From an uncultured Nitrospiraceae bacterium (GTDB lineage: Bacteria; Nitrospirota; Thermodesulfovibrionia; UBA6902): 55,514 nt of DNA. Location: the NCBI GenBank assembly GCA_964347155.1, contig CAYFXR010000182.1, forward strand, positions 1-55,514, read 5' to 3'. Within the stretch, counting starts at the first letter, position 1. Each line of letters opens with the position of its first letter. Below are positions 8,624 to 18,608 of the stretch, piece after piece. A model generated the notes under the pieces. It searched no databases. It saw nothing but the letters and a program-made list of their open reading frames with translations, and was not told the DNA's origin. The position numbers and the translations under genes were made by a program.

Positions 8624-10740
8624 TGTCTTCTCCTGAGTACTTCTCTTGGTTTTCCAGCCTCACCCGGGGGACCAACAATACCCTCTTCTTCTAACATCTC
8701 CATAATTCTTGCAGCCCTGTTATAGCCTATTTTCATCCTGCGCTGAATGTATGAAATTGATGCCTGTCCCGTTGAAAGTACAATGTCCTTTGCCTGAAAA
8801 TATAATTCATCCCTCTCCTCGATATGAGATATTTCAGGCGACTCAGTTGAAAGATCCTCAAATAATGTGTAATCAGGCCCGGCCTGGGTCTTTATAAAGT
8901 TAATAACGTTTCTTATTTCTTCTTCGTTTACATAGGCACCGTGAATTCTTTTAATCCTCTTGCCCGGACTGGTTAAGAGCATGTCACCTTTTCCAAGAAG
9001 TTGCTCAGCACCGTAAGTGTCAAGGATTATCCTTGAATCCAATTTTGAAGAAACCTGAAAAGATATCCTTGTCGGGAAGTTTGCTTTAATTATTCCTGTG
9101 ATAACGTCTACAGAAGGCCTTTGAGTAGCGAGTATCAGGTGAATACCTGCTGCACGTGCCATCTGGGCGAGCCTTGCAATGGAGTCTTCGACTTCGCGGC
9201 CCGAAGCAAATATAAGGTCAGCGAGTTCGTCAATGAATATTACTATATACGGAAGCGGCTCCCTGTCGTTGTCCGCTGAATCCATCGCAGCCTTTGTCCG
9301 GGACGATGCATCAAGCTTTTTATTGTACGTCTCAATATTTCTTGCTCCGGATTCTGCTAACAGTCTGTAGCGGCGCTCCATTTCAAAGACCAGCTTTTTC
9401 AATGCATTGGAGGCTTCTTTTGGTAGAGTGATTACGGGCATGAGCAGATGTGGAATTTCTTCATAGGCAGAGAGTTCAAGCATTTTAGGGTCTATCATGA
9501 GCATTTTAACTTCTTGAGGGGTTGATCTGTACAAGAGGCTCAATACTATGCTGTTTAACCCAACGCTTTTGCCTGAACCTGTAGCTCCTGCAATGAGAAG
9601 ATGAGGCATTTTACCGAGATCAACCAGGACAGGTATCCCGAAAATATCTTTCCCAAGCGCCAGGGTTAATTTAGAAAAACTTTTATGAAATGCTTCATTG
9701 GAGATAATATCTTTTAAAAAGACGTTTTCCCTGTCTTTGTTGGGAACTTCAATACCGAGTGTTGACCTGCCATGAATTGGGGAAATTCGTATACTGCTTG
9801 CCTTAAGAGCCATCGCAAGATCATCTGATAGTGACATGATTCTATTTATCTTTATGCCCGGAGCAGGTTCGAATTCAAACATTGTTACAACAGGCCCTGG
9901 CGATACATAGGTAACTTTTCCTTCTATGGAATAATCCTGTAGCTTTTTTTCAAGCAAATCAGATCTCTCCAGTAAGTCCTCTTTTGTAGGTCTGGATTTT
10001 GAAGGAGGGGGGTCTTTTAGGAGTTCAATGCCAGGAAGTTCATACTCGCTAGTTATTTTTTTAGCTTGTTTTGAGCTTGTTGTTTCCAGCGGCTTTGTTT
10101 TTATCTTGGTGTATGTAAGTGTAAGTGGTTCCTGTTCGTGCGGGATTTCTGACATGTCCGGCCCTTCTATATGTGGCTGTTTTATTTTTTTCTTTTTTGT
10201 TTTAACTGCAGAAAGGGCTCTGGTTCCAAATATAATTTTGCTTTTAATCGTTTTTGCTAAATTGACAATAGAGAACTGGAAAAGATACATCAAGGATATC
10301 AGCATAAAGGTAATAAAGAGCAGATAAGAACCGATTGTTGAAAAAGCCTTTAAGGAAAGACTGGTAGCAAAAATGCCAACCACGCCGCCAGAGTGATTCC
10401 CGAAGATTAAGGTAATAAAGGAAGATGCTGAGAGTATGAGAATAACAGTTGCACCGATAAATACGCGCAATCTCTGATTTGTTGTCTTACCAAAGACTTT
10501 TTTTGCACCATAAAGAAGGAAAATAGCGGGAAAGATGTAAGAAGCGAGACCTATAGATTGAAACATTATGTCCGACAGATTAGACCCGAAGCTCCCAAGC
10601 AGATTTTTTAATTCAGCGCTATGTGTAAAAAAGGATTGATCCCATCTATTATAGCTTATAAGGCTTATGATGACTGTAAGACCTGCAAGAATAGCTAACA
10701 GGCCTATAATTTCATCTTTTATCCTGCTGCCCCTGTCCAT
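8620..10740 (-). CDS. ftsK: DNA translocase FtsK
   Basis: N-terminal TMs, Walker A GATGSGKS, IDELADL, LATQRPS, gamma domain IGYNRAARI. Confidence 0.97.
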   Translation of the reverse strand: MDRGSRIKDEIIGLLAILAGLTVIISLISYNRWDQSFFTHSAELKNLLGSFGSNLSDIMFQSIGLASYIFPAIFLLYGAKKVFGKTTNQRLRVFIGATVILILSASSFITLIFGNHSGGVVGIFATSLSLKAFSTIGSYLLFITFMLISLMYLFQFSIVNLAKTIKSKIIFGTRALSAVKTKKKKIKQPHIEGPDMSEIPHEQEPLTLTYTKIKTKPLETTSSKQAKKITSEYELPGIELLKDPPPSKSRPTKEDLLERSDLLEKKLQDYSIEGKVTYVSPGPVVTMFEFEPAPGIKINRIMSLSDDLAMALKASSIRISPIHGRSTLGIEVPNKDRENVFLKDIISNEAFHKSFSKLTLALGKDIFGIPVLVDLGKMPHLLIAGATGSGKSVGLNSIVLSLLYRSTPQEVKMLMIDPKMLELSAYEEIPHLLMPVITLPKEASNALKKLVFEMERRYRLLAESGARNIETYNKKLDASSRTKAAMDSADNDREPLPYIVIFIDELADLIFASGREVEDSIARLAQMARAAGIHLILATQRPSVDVITGIIKANFPTRISFQVSSKLDSRIILDTYGAEQLLGKGDMLLTSPGKRIKRIHGAYVNEEEIRNVINFIKTQAGPDYTLFEDLSTESPEISHIEERDELYFQAKDIVLSTGQASISYIQRRMKIGYNRAARIMEMLEEEGIVGPPGEAGKPREVLRRRQ

Positions 10741-10864
10741 AATTATTTATCTGCAGATTTCATAGATTACTATTTTGGCAGTGGTCACTGGTAATTGGTG
10801 ATCGGCTGTCCTGACAATAAACCTTCCAAGCATTTTCTCATTTCTTATATGGCTGGTGGATTAA

Positions 10865-11644
10865 TTAAGTATCCTTCCATATTGACAATATGATAACAAA
10901 AGTTATCAAAAAACGATAATATGCAAAAGGTCTTAAAGAGTAATTTTGTAGAAAATGTATGAGATATTTTATCGCGAAATATCCCGTTACTGCTGAGACG
11001 ATAATACCGATTGCAAAAATGCCGAGTTCAAAGCTCTCTGAGCCCATTACATTTTTAGCCTCAAGCAGGGCAGCTCCGGCGATGGCAGGAGTCCCCAGCA
11101 AAAAGGAAAATCGTGCTGCATCGTCTCTTTTTAGCCTTTTGGTGAGACCTGCAACAATCGTAATCCCTGACCTTGAAACTCCCGGTATAAGTGCGACTGC
11201 CTGAGCAACGCCTATGAATAATGCATTATTTATATTGATCTTTTCAATTCCAACACGTTGCGTTTTTATATAATTCCTCTCAGATAAGATCATAAAAACT
11301 GAAATGAGACACAGGGTAAAGGCTATAACGACAGGACTCCTGTTTTGTTCAATCCAGTCATGCAAAAATATTCCAGTGACAATAGCCGGGATAGTGCCGA
11401 TAACGAGTTTCCAGATCATTCCATCTTTTTGTCGGGTAGTCTTTAATAATTCAATCCAGTCCTTTCTAAAATAGAATAAAAGAGCGATCAATGTACCGGA
11501 GTGAAGGGCTATGTCAAAACTAAGTGTGTCAACGATTCCTTGCCAGTTAAAAAACCACGGGAATAAAACAAGATGAGCTGAACTGCTTACAGGAATGAAC
11601 TCGGTAAGACCCTGCAGAATTCCGAGAATAATTGCTTCAAGCAT
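10865..11644 (-). CDS. uppP: Undecaprenyl-diphosphate phosphatase
   Basis: QGLTEFIPVSSSAH and PGVSRSG motifs. Confidence 0.96.
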   Translation of the reverse strand: MLEAIILGILQGLTEFIPVSSSAHLVLFPWFFNWQGIVDTLSFDIALHSGTLIALLFYFRKDWIELLKTTRQKDGMIWKLVIGTIPAIVTGIFLHDWIEQNRSPVVIAFTLCLISVFMILSERNYIKTQRVGIEKININNALFIGVAQAVALIPGVSRSGITIVAGLTKRLKRDDAARFSFLLGTPAIAGAALLEAKNVMGSESFELGIFAIGIIVSAVTGYFAIKYLIHFLQNYSLRPFAYYRFLITFVIILSIWKDT

Positions 11645-11813
11645 AGGGAATTATAACAAATAGTGATTGAAAGAGGGATCAGTAATATAGGATTTGGTAA
11701 AACCTGATTTTTTTATCATCTTTTGCTAAACTTTTTATAAAAGTCACTCGTCACTGGTCATTTCTCATTAGCACTCAATTGATATGCAGTGAACAGTGAC
11801 CAATTTAATTCCT

Positions 11814-12080
11814 ATGAATGAACAGATGAACAGACAGAAGCCTACCAACGAAAAAGGAAAAAAGGGCGAATTTTTTCGATTTCTTGGTGTAGCGAGCACC
11901 GTTGGAATAAATATGGTCGTCAGTACATTTGTTGGCTTTGCAATCGGCTATTGGGTGCTTGATAAGTATTTAGATACATTTCCATGGTTTACTATAATAT
12001 TTTTCTTTCTTGGTATAACAGCAGGATTCATGTATTTATTCAAAATCGCTAAAAAAGCAGGTGAGAAGAACAACGAATAA
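11814..12080 (+). CDS. AtpZ/AtpI-family (ATP synthase gene 1) membrane protein; start uncertain
   Basis: Two TMs with IGYWVLDKYLDTFPWF...LGITAGF signature. Confidence 0.8.
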   Translation: MNEQMNRQKPTNEKGKKGEFFRFLGVASTVGINMVVSTFVGFAIGYWVLDKYLDTFPWFTIIFFFLGITAGFMYLFKIAKKAGEKNNE

Positions 12081-12087
12081 AAATAGT

Positions 12088-12132
12088 AATCCCCCCTTGC
12101 CCCCCTTTAGAAAAGGGGGGCAAGGGGGGATT
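12088..12132. repeat. Perfect 45-bp palindrome, same family as the ruvC insert
   Basis: AATCCCCCCTTGCCCCCCTTT-AGA-AAAGGGGGGCAAGGGGGGATT. Confidence 0.9.
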
Positions 12133-12153
12133 TCAAGAGAAGTTAAACATTTT

Positions 12154-12510
12154 ATGGAGATTTTAAAACGGGTAATTAAGAAGAGTGTCTTTATTATATT
12201 GCCTGCGATTATTATTTCGGCTTTTTTTATTGAAGCCAGAAAAGTGCCGGTAGGAATCTTGATGGGTTGGCTGTTTGGAATTTTCAATTTGAGAACGCTT
12301 TCAAGGAACGTTGAAGGGCTTGTTGGCTCTGAAAAAGCTACGTTCAAGCTGGTTTTTCTCAGCATGACACGGCTGCTGCTTTTATGTGCAGCCATTTTTG
12401 TTCTCGTGTATTACAAAATCGTTAATATTCTAGCCCTGCTGTTTGGATTAACCGTTGTTTTTGTCTTGATCCTGACTGAGGGGGCAAAGGTGGGGAAATC
12501 ACAATCATAA
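12154..12510 (+). CDS. atpI: ATP synthase subunit I-like membrane protein
   Basis: Four TM helices with G..G..N and RLLL patterns; follows the AtpZ-like gene; likely ATG 12154. Confidence 0.7.
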   Translation: MEILKRVIKKSVFIILPAIIISAFFIEARKVPVGILMGWLFGIFNLRTLSRNVEGLVGSEKATFKLVFLSMTRLLLLCAAIFVLVYYKIVNILALLFGLTVVFVLILTEGAKVGKSQS

Positions 12511-12536
12511 TGCGCAGATATCGGTCATACAAAGCG

Positions 12537-13127
12537 ATGAGACAAAGGCTTATCGAACTGATCATTGAACGAACTTTTAAATTTACCGATAAACCGACGT
12601 TTAAACTTGCTTCCGGCAGAAAGAGCAATTTTTATTTCAACTGTAAACCTACAACATTAAATTCAGAAGGCATGTTTCTTACCGGCAACCTTTTGTATAA
12701 TCTCATCTCGAAATCGCATCGTACCGATAAAAGCCATAAAAAGTGGAAAGTAAAAGCCGTGGGTGGACTTACCCTTGGTGCTGACCCGCTGGCAACTGCA
12801 ATAGCCTACAGTGCCCATCTAAGTGGAGAACAGATGGAGGCCTTTATTGTAAGGAAAGAACCCAAGAGGCACGGTACAATGTTATGGATAGAGGGAAATG
12901 TAAAAAAAGGCGATAAGGTTTTCATTGTTGAGGATGTCATTACTACCGGAGGTTCCACAAAAAAGGCCATTAATCGTGCAAAGCGGTGCGGGCTAAAGGT
13001 TCTTGGTGTTATTGTACTTATCGACCGGCAGGAAGGCGGAAGAGAGGCAATAGAATCTCTCGGCGTGCCTGTAAACACATTGTTGACAAAAGAAGAGATA
13101 TTCAAGACATATAAAAAAGGCAGATAA
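12537..13127 (+). CDS. pyrE: Orotate phosphoribosyltransferase
   Basis: FKLASGRKSNFY, VRKEPKRHG and PRPP motif IVEDVITTGGS. Confidence 0.95.
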   Translation: MRQRLIELIIERTFKFTDKPTFKLASGRKSNFYFNCKPTTLNSEGMFLTGNLLYNLISKSHRTDKSHKKWKVKAVGGLTLGADPLATAIAYSAHLSGEQMEAFIVRKEPKRHGTMLWIEGNVKKGDKVFIVEDVITTGGSTKKAINRAKRCGLKVLGVIVLIDRQEGGREAIESLGVPVNTLLTKEEIFKTYKKGR

Positions 13128-13217
13128 TGTCAATGTAGCATCATACTGTGCTTTTTCCTACCCAAACAGCCATGCCCTTAAAAAGCATCACAAAGAATGA
13201 AAACCTGTTTTTGGATC

Positions 13218-13396
13218 AACCCAAATAATGCAGACATTGTAACAAAATTTATTTAATTCGATGGATTTATTATTAGATTATGCATATGGCTTGGAACAAA
13301 AATATTCACCTTAGATTGGTTGGAATTACGTCAAAGGTATCGAGAAATAAATTTTCTTCCAACGCCTGCATTATTTAATTGCATTTTGGGGGTTAA
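13218..13396 (+). mobile_element. MITE-like element, copy C, upstream of the dsrA promoter
   Basis: Aligns without gaps to copy B at an offset of 5520 bp. Confidence 0.82.
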
Positions 13397-13580
13397 TTAG
13401 TGTCTGTGTATTAAGTAATCATCTGTCCTCGACATGATCGGGGATCGGGGAATGACATTCATGTAAAAATTCTATATATACAAAGGCACTAATTTGCAGT
13501 TAAGGAAGCTTTATCAAGTATCCATTCTTATGAATTACATGGCGGTATTATGGGGAAAATAAGCATAAATGATTAGTAAA

Positions 13581-13624
13581 TTAATTTTTTTTATTTGACG
13601 TTGAATTGGTGGATATACTACTAT
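13581..13624 (+). promoter_or_regulatory. Putative sigma70 promoter of dsrAB
   Basis: TTGACG-N18-TACTAT; the 19-mer TTAATTTTTTTTATTTGAC ending in the -35 box is identical upstream of dsrC. Confidence 0.6.
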
Positions 13625-13762
13625 GAGAAACGTTTTTCTCTGTTCAATCCTTAAATTCAAGAGGAAGGTCTTTCAGAAAAAAGGATTCTTAACTTTTGTT
13701 GGAAAACACTAAATATTCCCTTGTGGAAACCGGAAAGGGAAAAAAATAAAAAGGAGGGATAT

Positions 13763-14995
13763 ATGAGCGAAAAGTACGACACACCGTTATTGGATGAGCT
13801 GGAAAAAGGTCCGTGGCCAAGCTTCGTTACAGAAATAAAGAAGGCTGCGAAAAAAACAAAAATGGCCAATGATGAATTGGGTCAGCTTGAATACTCTTAC
13901 AAAACCAAACGCGGATACTGGAAACATGGTGGAATTGTTGGTGTCCTTGGTTATGGAGGAGGGGTTATCGGGAGATACTCTGACTTGCCGGATAAATTCC
14001 CGGGAGTAACTTTTTTCCATACCATAAGACTAAACCAACCGAGCGGGTGGTTCTACACAACAAAGGCATTAAGGGAACTAATGGATTTATGGGATAAATA
14101 CGGCAGTGGTTTGACAAATATGCACGGTTCCACCGGTGATATAGTTTTCCTCGGCACAGATACTGAAAGTTTGGAACCCCTCTTTGCAGAGTTTTCATCC
14201 CGTGGATGGGATTTAGGCGGTTCAGGTTCAGACATGAGAACGCCTAGCTGCTGTGTTGGCCCTGCCCGCTGCGAGTGGGCAAATTATGATACAAATGAGG
14301 CGTGCTATCAAATAACACAGGCATATCAGGATGAGCTTCACAGGCCGGCATTTGCCTATAAGTACAAGATAAAGTTTGCAGGTTGCGCGTGTGATTGTGT
14401 TGCATCAATTGCACGTGCTGACTGTTCTGTAATCGGCACATGGAAGGGCCCTATCCTTATTGACCAGGACGCTGTAAAATGGTATGCGAAAAATAAAATG
14501 GACATTAATGCTGAAATTGTAAATATGTGTCCTACAAAATGCATGAGCTATGATGGAAAAGAATTAAGCATAGATAATGACGAGTGTAACAGATGTATGC
14601 ACTGCATAGCAAAAATGCATAAGGCCCTCAAGCCAAGCGGTGAAAGGGGTGCAACCATCTGTATAGGAAGTAAGGCACCGATTGTTGTTGGATCTTTGAT
14701 CTCATGGGTTGTCGTTCCATTCATAAAGATGGAGCCACCATTTGATGAATTTAAGGAATTAACCCAAAAGATATGGGATTGGTGGGATGAATATGCGAAA
14801 CCGAGAGAGAGGATTGGTGAGGTCATTGAGATGAAGGGCATGAGGTCATTCCTTGAGGCTATTGATATGCCGCCTCTGCCGCAGCAGATAAAAGAGCCGA
14901 GAAAAGATCCTTTCTTCTTCTTCAAGGAAGAGGATATTGCCAGGTTCAAGGCAAGAGAAGAACAGGAAAAGAAAACAGGGAAATATACTTTCTAA
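13763..14995 (+). CDS. dsrA: Dissimilatory sulfite reductase alpha subunit
   Basis: [36 protein letters not shown], siroheme Cys motifs, ferredoxin CNRCMHC. Confidence 0.98.
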   Translation: MSEKYDTPLLDELEKGPWPSFVTEIKKAAKKTKMANDELGQLEYSYKTKRGYWKHGGIVGVLGYGGGVIGRYSDLPDKFPGVTFFHTIRLNQPSGWFYTTKALRELMDLWDKYGSGLTNMHGSTGDIVFLGTDTESLEPLFAEFSSRGWDLGGSGSDMRTPSCCVGPARCEWANYDTNEACYQITQAYQDELHRPAFAYKYKIKFAGCACDCVASIARADCSVIGTWKGPILIDQDAVKWYAKNKMDINAEIVNMCPTKCMSYDGKELSIDNDECNRCMHCIAKMHKALKPSGERGATICIGSKAPIVVGSLISWVVVPFIKMEPPFDEFKELTQKIWDWWDEYAKPRERIGEVIEMKGMRSFLEAIDMPPLPQQIKEPRKDPFFFFKEEDIARFKAREEQEKKTGKYTF

Positions 14996-15025
14996 ATTAA
15001 TTATAAAACAATAAGGAGGAATGAA

Positions 15026-16096
15026 ATGGCATTACCACAGAGACAGACAGACATAGGGCCTCCCCATTATGAACAGTTTTTGCCACCTGTAATCAAAAAG
15101 AACTACGGTAAATGGAAGGGGCATGAGTTATTGGATCCGGGAGTAATGGTTCATGAGGCAGAAAGCGGAGACAAGATATGGTCGGTGAGAGTTGCCTCGC
15201 CAAGGATTTTGGCTACAGATACCATCAATGAAATGTGTGATATTGCAGATAACCATTGCGATGGTTATCTGAGATTCACATCGAGGAATAATGTAGAATT
15301 CCTCGTATCAAACGAAAAGAATCTCGGGCCGCTCCAGAAAGAGCTTAAGGACAAAGGATATACTATCGGCGGTATCGGGCCCAGGATAAGCAATGTTGTC
15401 CATACACAAGGCTGGGTTCACTGCCATGGTGCGGCAACAGATGCATCCGGTCTGGTAAAGGCCATGATGGATGAGCTCTATGAGTATTTCACTGAAAAAG
15501 AGCTCCCCAACAAGCTAAGGCTTGCAGTTGCCTGCTGCGTTAACATGTGTGGAGCTGTTCACTGCTCGGATGTAGCGATTGTCGCGGTTCATACAAAGGT
15601 GCCTCCTATAGACGATGATAAGTTAGGGAAGTTATGCGAGATACCCACGGTTATCGCATCGTGTCCTACCGCTGCTATAAGGCCAAATCCTGCAAAAAAG
15701 AGTGTGAGCATTAACTATGAAAAATGCATGTACTGTGGAAACTGCTTTACTGTCTGCCCGGCTATTGATATCAAGGACCCTGAGAGAGATGGACTTGCCA
15801 TAGTAGTAGGCGGAAAGGTAACCAGTATGAGAAGCAATCCAAAGTTCTCCAAGCTTGTTATCCCCTATATCTCGAATGAACCACCAAGATGGCCTAAGGC
15901 TATTGCTGCAATTAAGCATATTATTGAAGTTTATGCCAAGGATGCAAAAAAACATGAAAGGGTAGGCGAATGGATAGACAGGATAGGCTGGGAAAAATTC
16001 TTCAAGCTTACCGGCATTGAGTTTACATTCCAGTGTATTGATGATTTTACATTTATGAGGGATACCCTGAGGAGTGCATCAACGTTTAAGTGTTAG
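15026..16096 (+). CDS. dsrB: Dissimilatory sulfite reductase beta subunit
   Basis: [30 protein letters not shown] and CMYCGNC motifs. Confidence 0.98.
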   Translation: MALPQRQTDIGPPHYEQFLPPVIKKNYGKWKGHELLDPGVMVHEAESGDKIWSVRVASPRILATDTINEMCDIADNHCDGYLRFTSRNNVEFLVSNEKNLGPLQKELKDKGYTIGGIGPRISNVVHTQGWVHCHGAATDASGLVKAMMDELYEYFTEKELPNKLRLAVACCVNMCGAVHCSDVAIVAVHTKVPPIDDDKLGKLCEIPTVIASCPTAAIRPNPAKKSVSINYEKCMYCGNCFTVCPAIDIKDPERDGLAIVVGGKVTSMRSNPKFSKLVIPYISNEPPRWPKAIAAIKHIIEVYAKDAKKHERVGEWIDRIGWEKFFKLTGIEFTFQCIDDFTFMRDTLRSASTFKC

Positions 16097-16124
16097 GAGT
16101 AGCGACAAAATACAGGTAAAAAAG

Positions 16125-16157
16125 GGGAGGTAATCCTTATGCTTCGGGTTACCTCCC
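16125..16157 (+). terminator. Hairpin after dsrB
   Basis: GGGAGGTAATCC...GGGTTACCTCCC stem; U-tract is weak. Confidence 0.55.
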
Positions 16158-16174
16158 GATTTGTTAAATAAAGC

Positions 16175-16203
16175 TTGACAAAATGTATTGAAAGAGGTAG
16201 TTT
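16175..16203 (+). promoter_or_regulatory. Putative sigma70 promoter for dsrD
   Basis: TTGACA-N17-TAGTTT after the dsrB hairpin. Confidence 0.5.
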
Positions 16204-16253
16204 ATTAGCACTAACCATCCAATATTTAACATTAAAAAAAGAGGTGAGGATAT

Positions 16254-16499
16254 ATGGAACAGGCAGAAATTCAGGACAAGATCTTTGAATATATGAAGCA
16301 AATGAAGGGCAAGAAAAAACTGAAAGAAAAAGATATTATTAAAAAAATCTCCGGTGATACCGGTGAAGAAAAAGATACTATTAAGAAAGCACTCAGAGCA
16401 ATGATTGACGTTGGAAAGGTGATGTATTCCTACGGCGGCGGAGCAAGCTCTGTAGAAATACCAAGTGAGGATTACCTTAAGGAAAAAGGGTTATTATAA
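16254..16499 (+). CDS. dsrD: DsrD
   Basis: Small basic protein after dsrB with IKKALRAMIDVGKVMYSYGG winged-helix-like pattern. Confidence 0.85.
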   Translation: MEQAEIQDKIFEYMKQMKGKKKLKEKDIIKKISGDTGEEKDTIKKALRAMIDVGKVMYSYGGGASSVEIPSEDYLKEKGLL

Positions 16500-16599
16500 A
16501 TTATAAAAAAACAGCTTTCAGGAGCCAGGTTTCAGTTAACCGGTTCTGACACCTGACTCCTGATACCAACCCCTGAATTTATCCCCGCATCCTGATCGT

Positions 16600-18024
16600 A
16601 TGATTAACAAATCAATCCCCAGAATAGTTGTTTCCGGTCTGAGAGGGGGGAGCGGAAAAACTATACTTTCACTGTCTCTCATTACTTCACTGCTGAAAAA
16701 AGGCTTTACTATAACTCCTTTTAAAAAAGGCCCTGATTATATTGATGCGGGGTGGCTGGCAACGGCATCCGGCGTTCCCTGCTACAATCTGGACCTCTTT
16801 ATGATGTCTCCTGAACAAGCGGTTCAATCCTTCATATCCCATTCTTCTTATTCACAAATAGCGCTTGTTGAAGGTAACAGGGGGCTGTATGATGGAGTTG
16901 ACCACGAAGGCACGTACAGCACTGCTGAACTCGCCAAATTATTAAATGCGCCCATAATTTTAACCATAGATTGTACCAAGACTACTAATACCATTGCTGC
17001 TATGGTTTTAGGATGCCAGAAAATGGATCCGAACGTTTCTCTTGGAGGAGTTGTTCTCAATCAGGTTGCTACAAACAGGCAAGAGGCATTAATAAGAAAA
17101 TCAATAAAGGAAAAATGTAAAGTGCCGGTGTTAGGTGCGATACCGAGACTTAAAGAAGATCCTTTCCCTGAGAGACATATGGGACTGACTCCTTTTCAGG
17201 AGCATCAAGATATTGAGAAGTCTATTACTATTGTTGCGGAAATAGGTTCAAAATATCTTGATATAGACGCGATAATGAAGGTTGCTGAAAGTGCCGGAGT
17301 TATTAAAATGAGTCCAGAGTTAGGAGTTAAGAGTTTAGATGAAAAATCAAATAAAAATTCCGAAATTCCGAGGATTGGCATAATTCGCGACTCTGCTTTT
17401 CAGTTTTACTATCAGGAGAATTTTGAGGAGCTTGAGAAAAGGGGCGCAAATCTTGTAGAAGTAAGTCCGCTGCGGGAAGATACACTTCCTGCCTTGGATG
17501 CACTTTATATTGGCGGAGGTTTCCCGGAAACCCATGTAATAGCCCTGGCTGAGAACACAAGTTTCAGGGATTCTCTCTACAATGCAATACAAAGCGGACT
17601 GCCTGTTTATGCAGAGTGCGGTGGACTCATGTATTTGGGTAAGAGCATCATTTTAAAAGATAAAACATATCCGATGGTCGGTTCTCTTCCCATAACTTTT
17701 GGCCTGGAGAAAAGACCTCAGGCCCACGGATATACGATTGTTGAAATTGAAAATGCTAACCCTTACTTCTCGCAAAAAGCTGTCCTTAAAGGGCATGAGT
17801 TTCATTATTCTAAAGTATTAGAGGTTTCTGAAAATGAGGCGTATATGGCGTTTAAGGTAAGGCGTGGTAAAGGGATTGTTGATAAAAAAGACGGGATGTG
17901 CTATAAAAATGTACTTGCTGCATATACTCACCTCCACGCAATCGGGACACAAGAGTGGGCAGATGGGATGGTGAGATGTGCAAAAGAGTATAAGAAAAGG
18001 ATTCAAGGGGTCGAGAACCCTTAG
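16600..18024 (+). CDS. dsrN: Siroheme amidase DsrN (CobB/CbiA family)
   Basis: GGSGKT, KKGPDYID, GGGFPE, AECGG and HEFHYS motifs; dsr context. Confidence 0.92.
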   Translation: MINKSIPRIVVSGLRGGSGKTILSLSLITSLLKKGFTITPFKKGPDYIDAGWLATASGVPCYNLDLFMMSPEQAVQSFISHSSYSQIALVEGNRGLYDGVDHEGTYSTAELAKLLNAPIILTIDCTKTTNTIAAMVLGCQKMDPNVSLGGVVLNQVATNRQEALIRKSIKEKCKVPVLGAIPRLKEDPFPERHMGLTPFQEHQDIEKSITIVAEIGSKYLDIDAIMKVAESAGVIKMSPELGVKSLDEKSNKNSEIPRIGIIRDSAFQFYYQENFEELEKRGANLVEVSPLREDTLPALDALYIGGGFPETHVIALAENTSFRDSLYNAIQSGLPVYAECGGLMYLGKSIILKDKTYPMVGSLPITFGLEKRPQAHGYTIVEIENANPYFSQKAVLKGHEFHYSKVLEVSENEAYMAFKVRRGKGIVDKKDGMCYKNVLAAYTHLHAIGTQEWADGMVRCAKEYKKRIQGVENP

Positions 18025-18033
18025 AACTAATTT

Positions 18034-18372
18034 ATGGCAAGAGCACGACCTCTACAGTGTCCATTCTGTGATAATTATCTGGCAAGACCCGTTGATATTG
18101 ATAGTACGACAATGGAGCTTACGGGTGGGATATGTATTTGTGGTGGGGTTTATGCATTGGATCGTTCAGGGCACAACCTCGGGGAGGTTTTTATGGATGC
18201 CTTGACTTTTGCATGTAACGGCGATATTGATAGGGCATTGTCATTGAACCCCGAAGATTATGAAACTGTCGATTATGATTACAATCTGAACTCCAACAGA
18301 ATAGAAAGGTCGGCAGGTAGAGGCAGGCTGAGTAAGATCATATTTATACGGGTAAAAAAAGAAGAAACATAA
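18034..18372 (+). CDS. Hypothetical zinc-ribbon protein in the dsr cluster
   Basis: CPFC...CICG; starts 9 nt after the dsrN stop. Confidence 0.75.
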   Translation: MARARPLQCPFCDNYLARPVDIDSTTMELTGGICICGGVYALDRSGHNLGEVFMDALTFACNGDIDRALSLNPEDYETVDYDYNLNSNRIERSAGRGRLSKIIFIRVKKEET

Positions 18373-18450
18373 AAAAAATTGGGGAAATTATGGCAATATC
18401 CTGGAATGTTAAAGACGATTGCCAATTTATTAGCTTAGATAAATGGTTTA

Positions 18451-18493
18451 TTAATTTTTTTTATTTGACAAGAATAGGTATTTATATTATATT
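18451..18493 (+). promoter_or_regulatory. Putative sigma70 promoter of dsrC
   Basis: TTGACA-N17-TATATT; shares the 19-mer with the dsrA promoter. Confidence 0.65.
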
Positions 18494-18608
18494 TTCAAAT
18501 CTGTCTTGGATTCATATATTATCTCGATTGAAATATTTTCTGATAATATCTTCCGCTTGATATAGGCGATACCAAAAAATCTTATATTGAGAAGAAAGGA
18601 GTATTGTA

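Noticed and set aside
12061..12153. GTG-started extension of atpI through the palindrome
   Set aside because: It overlaps the upstream gene and ATG 12154 gives a normal-sized protein; it cannot be fully excluded
12714..12740. Possible repeat-derived inserts in pyrE (SHRTDKSHK) and in the lolA N-terminal region (about 8455-8525)
   Set aside because: Too degenerate to assign to a repeat family without ortholog alignments
16161..16181. TTGTTAA-N7-TTGACAA as a Rex operator
   Set aside because: The spacer is 7 rather than 4 and the half-sites deviate from TTGTGAA
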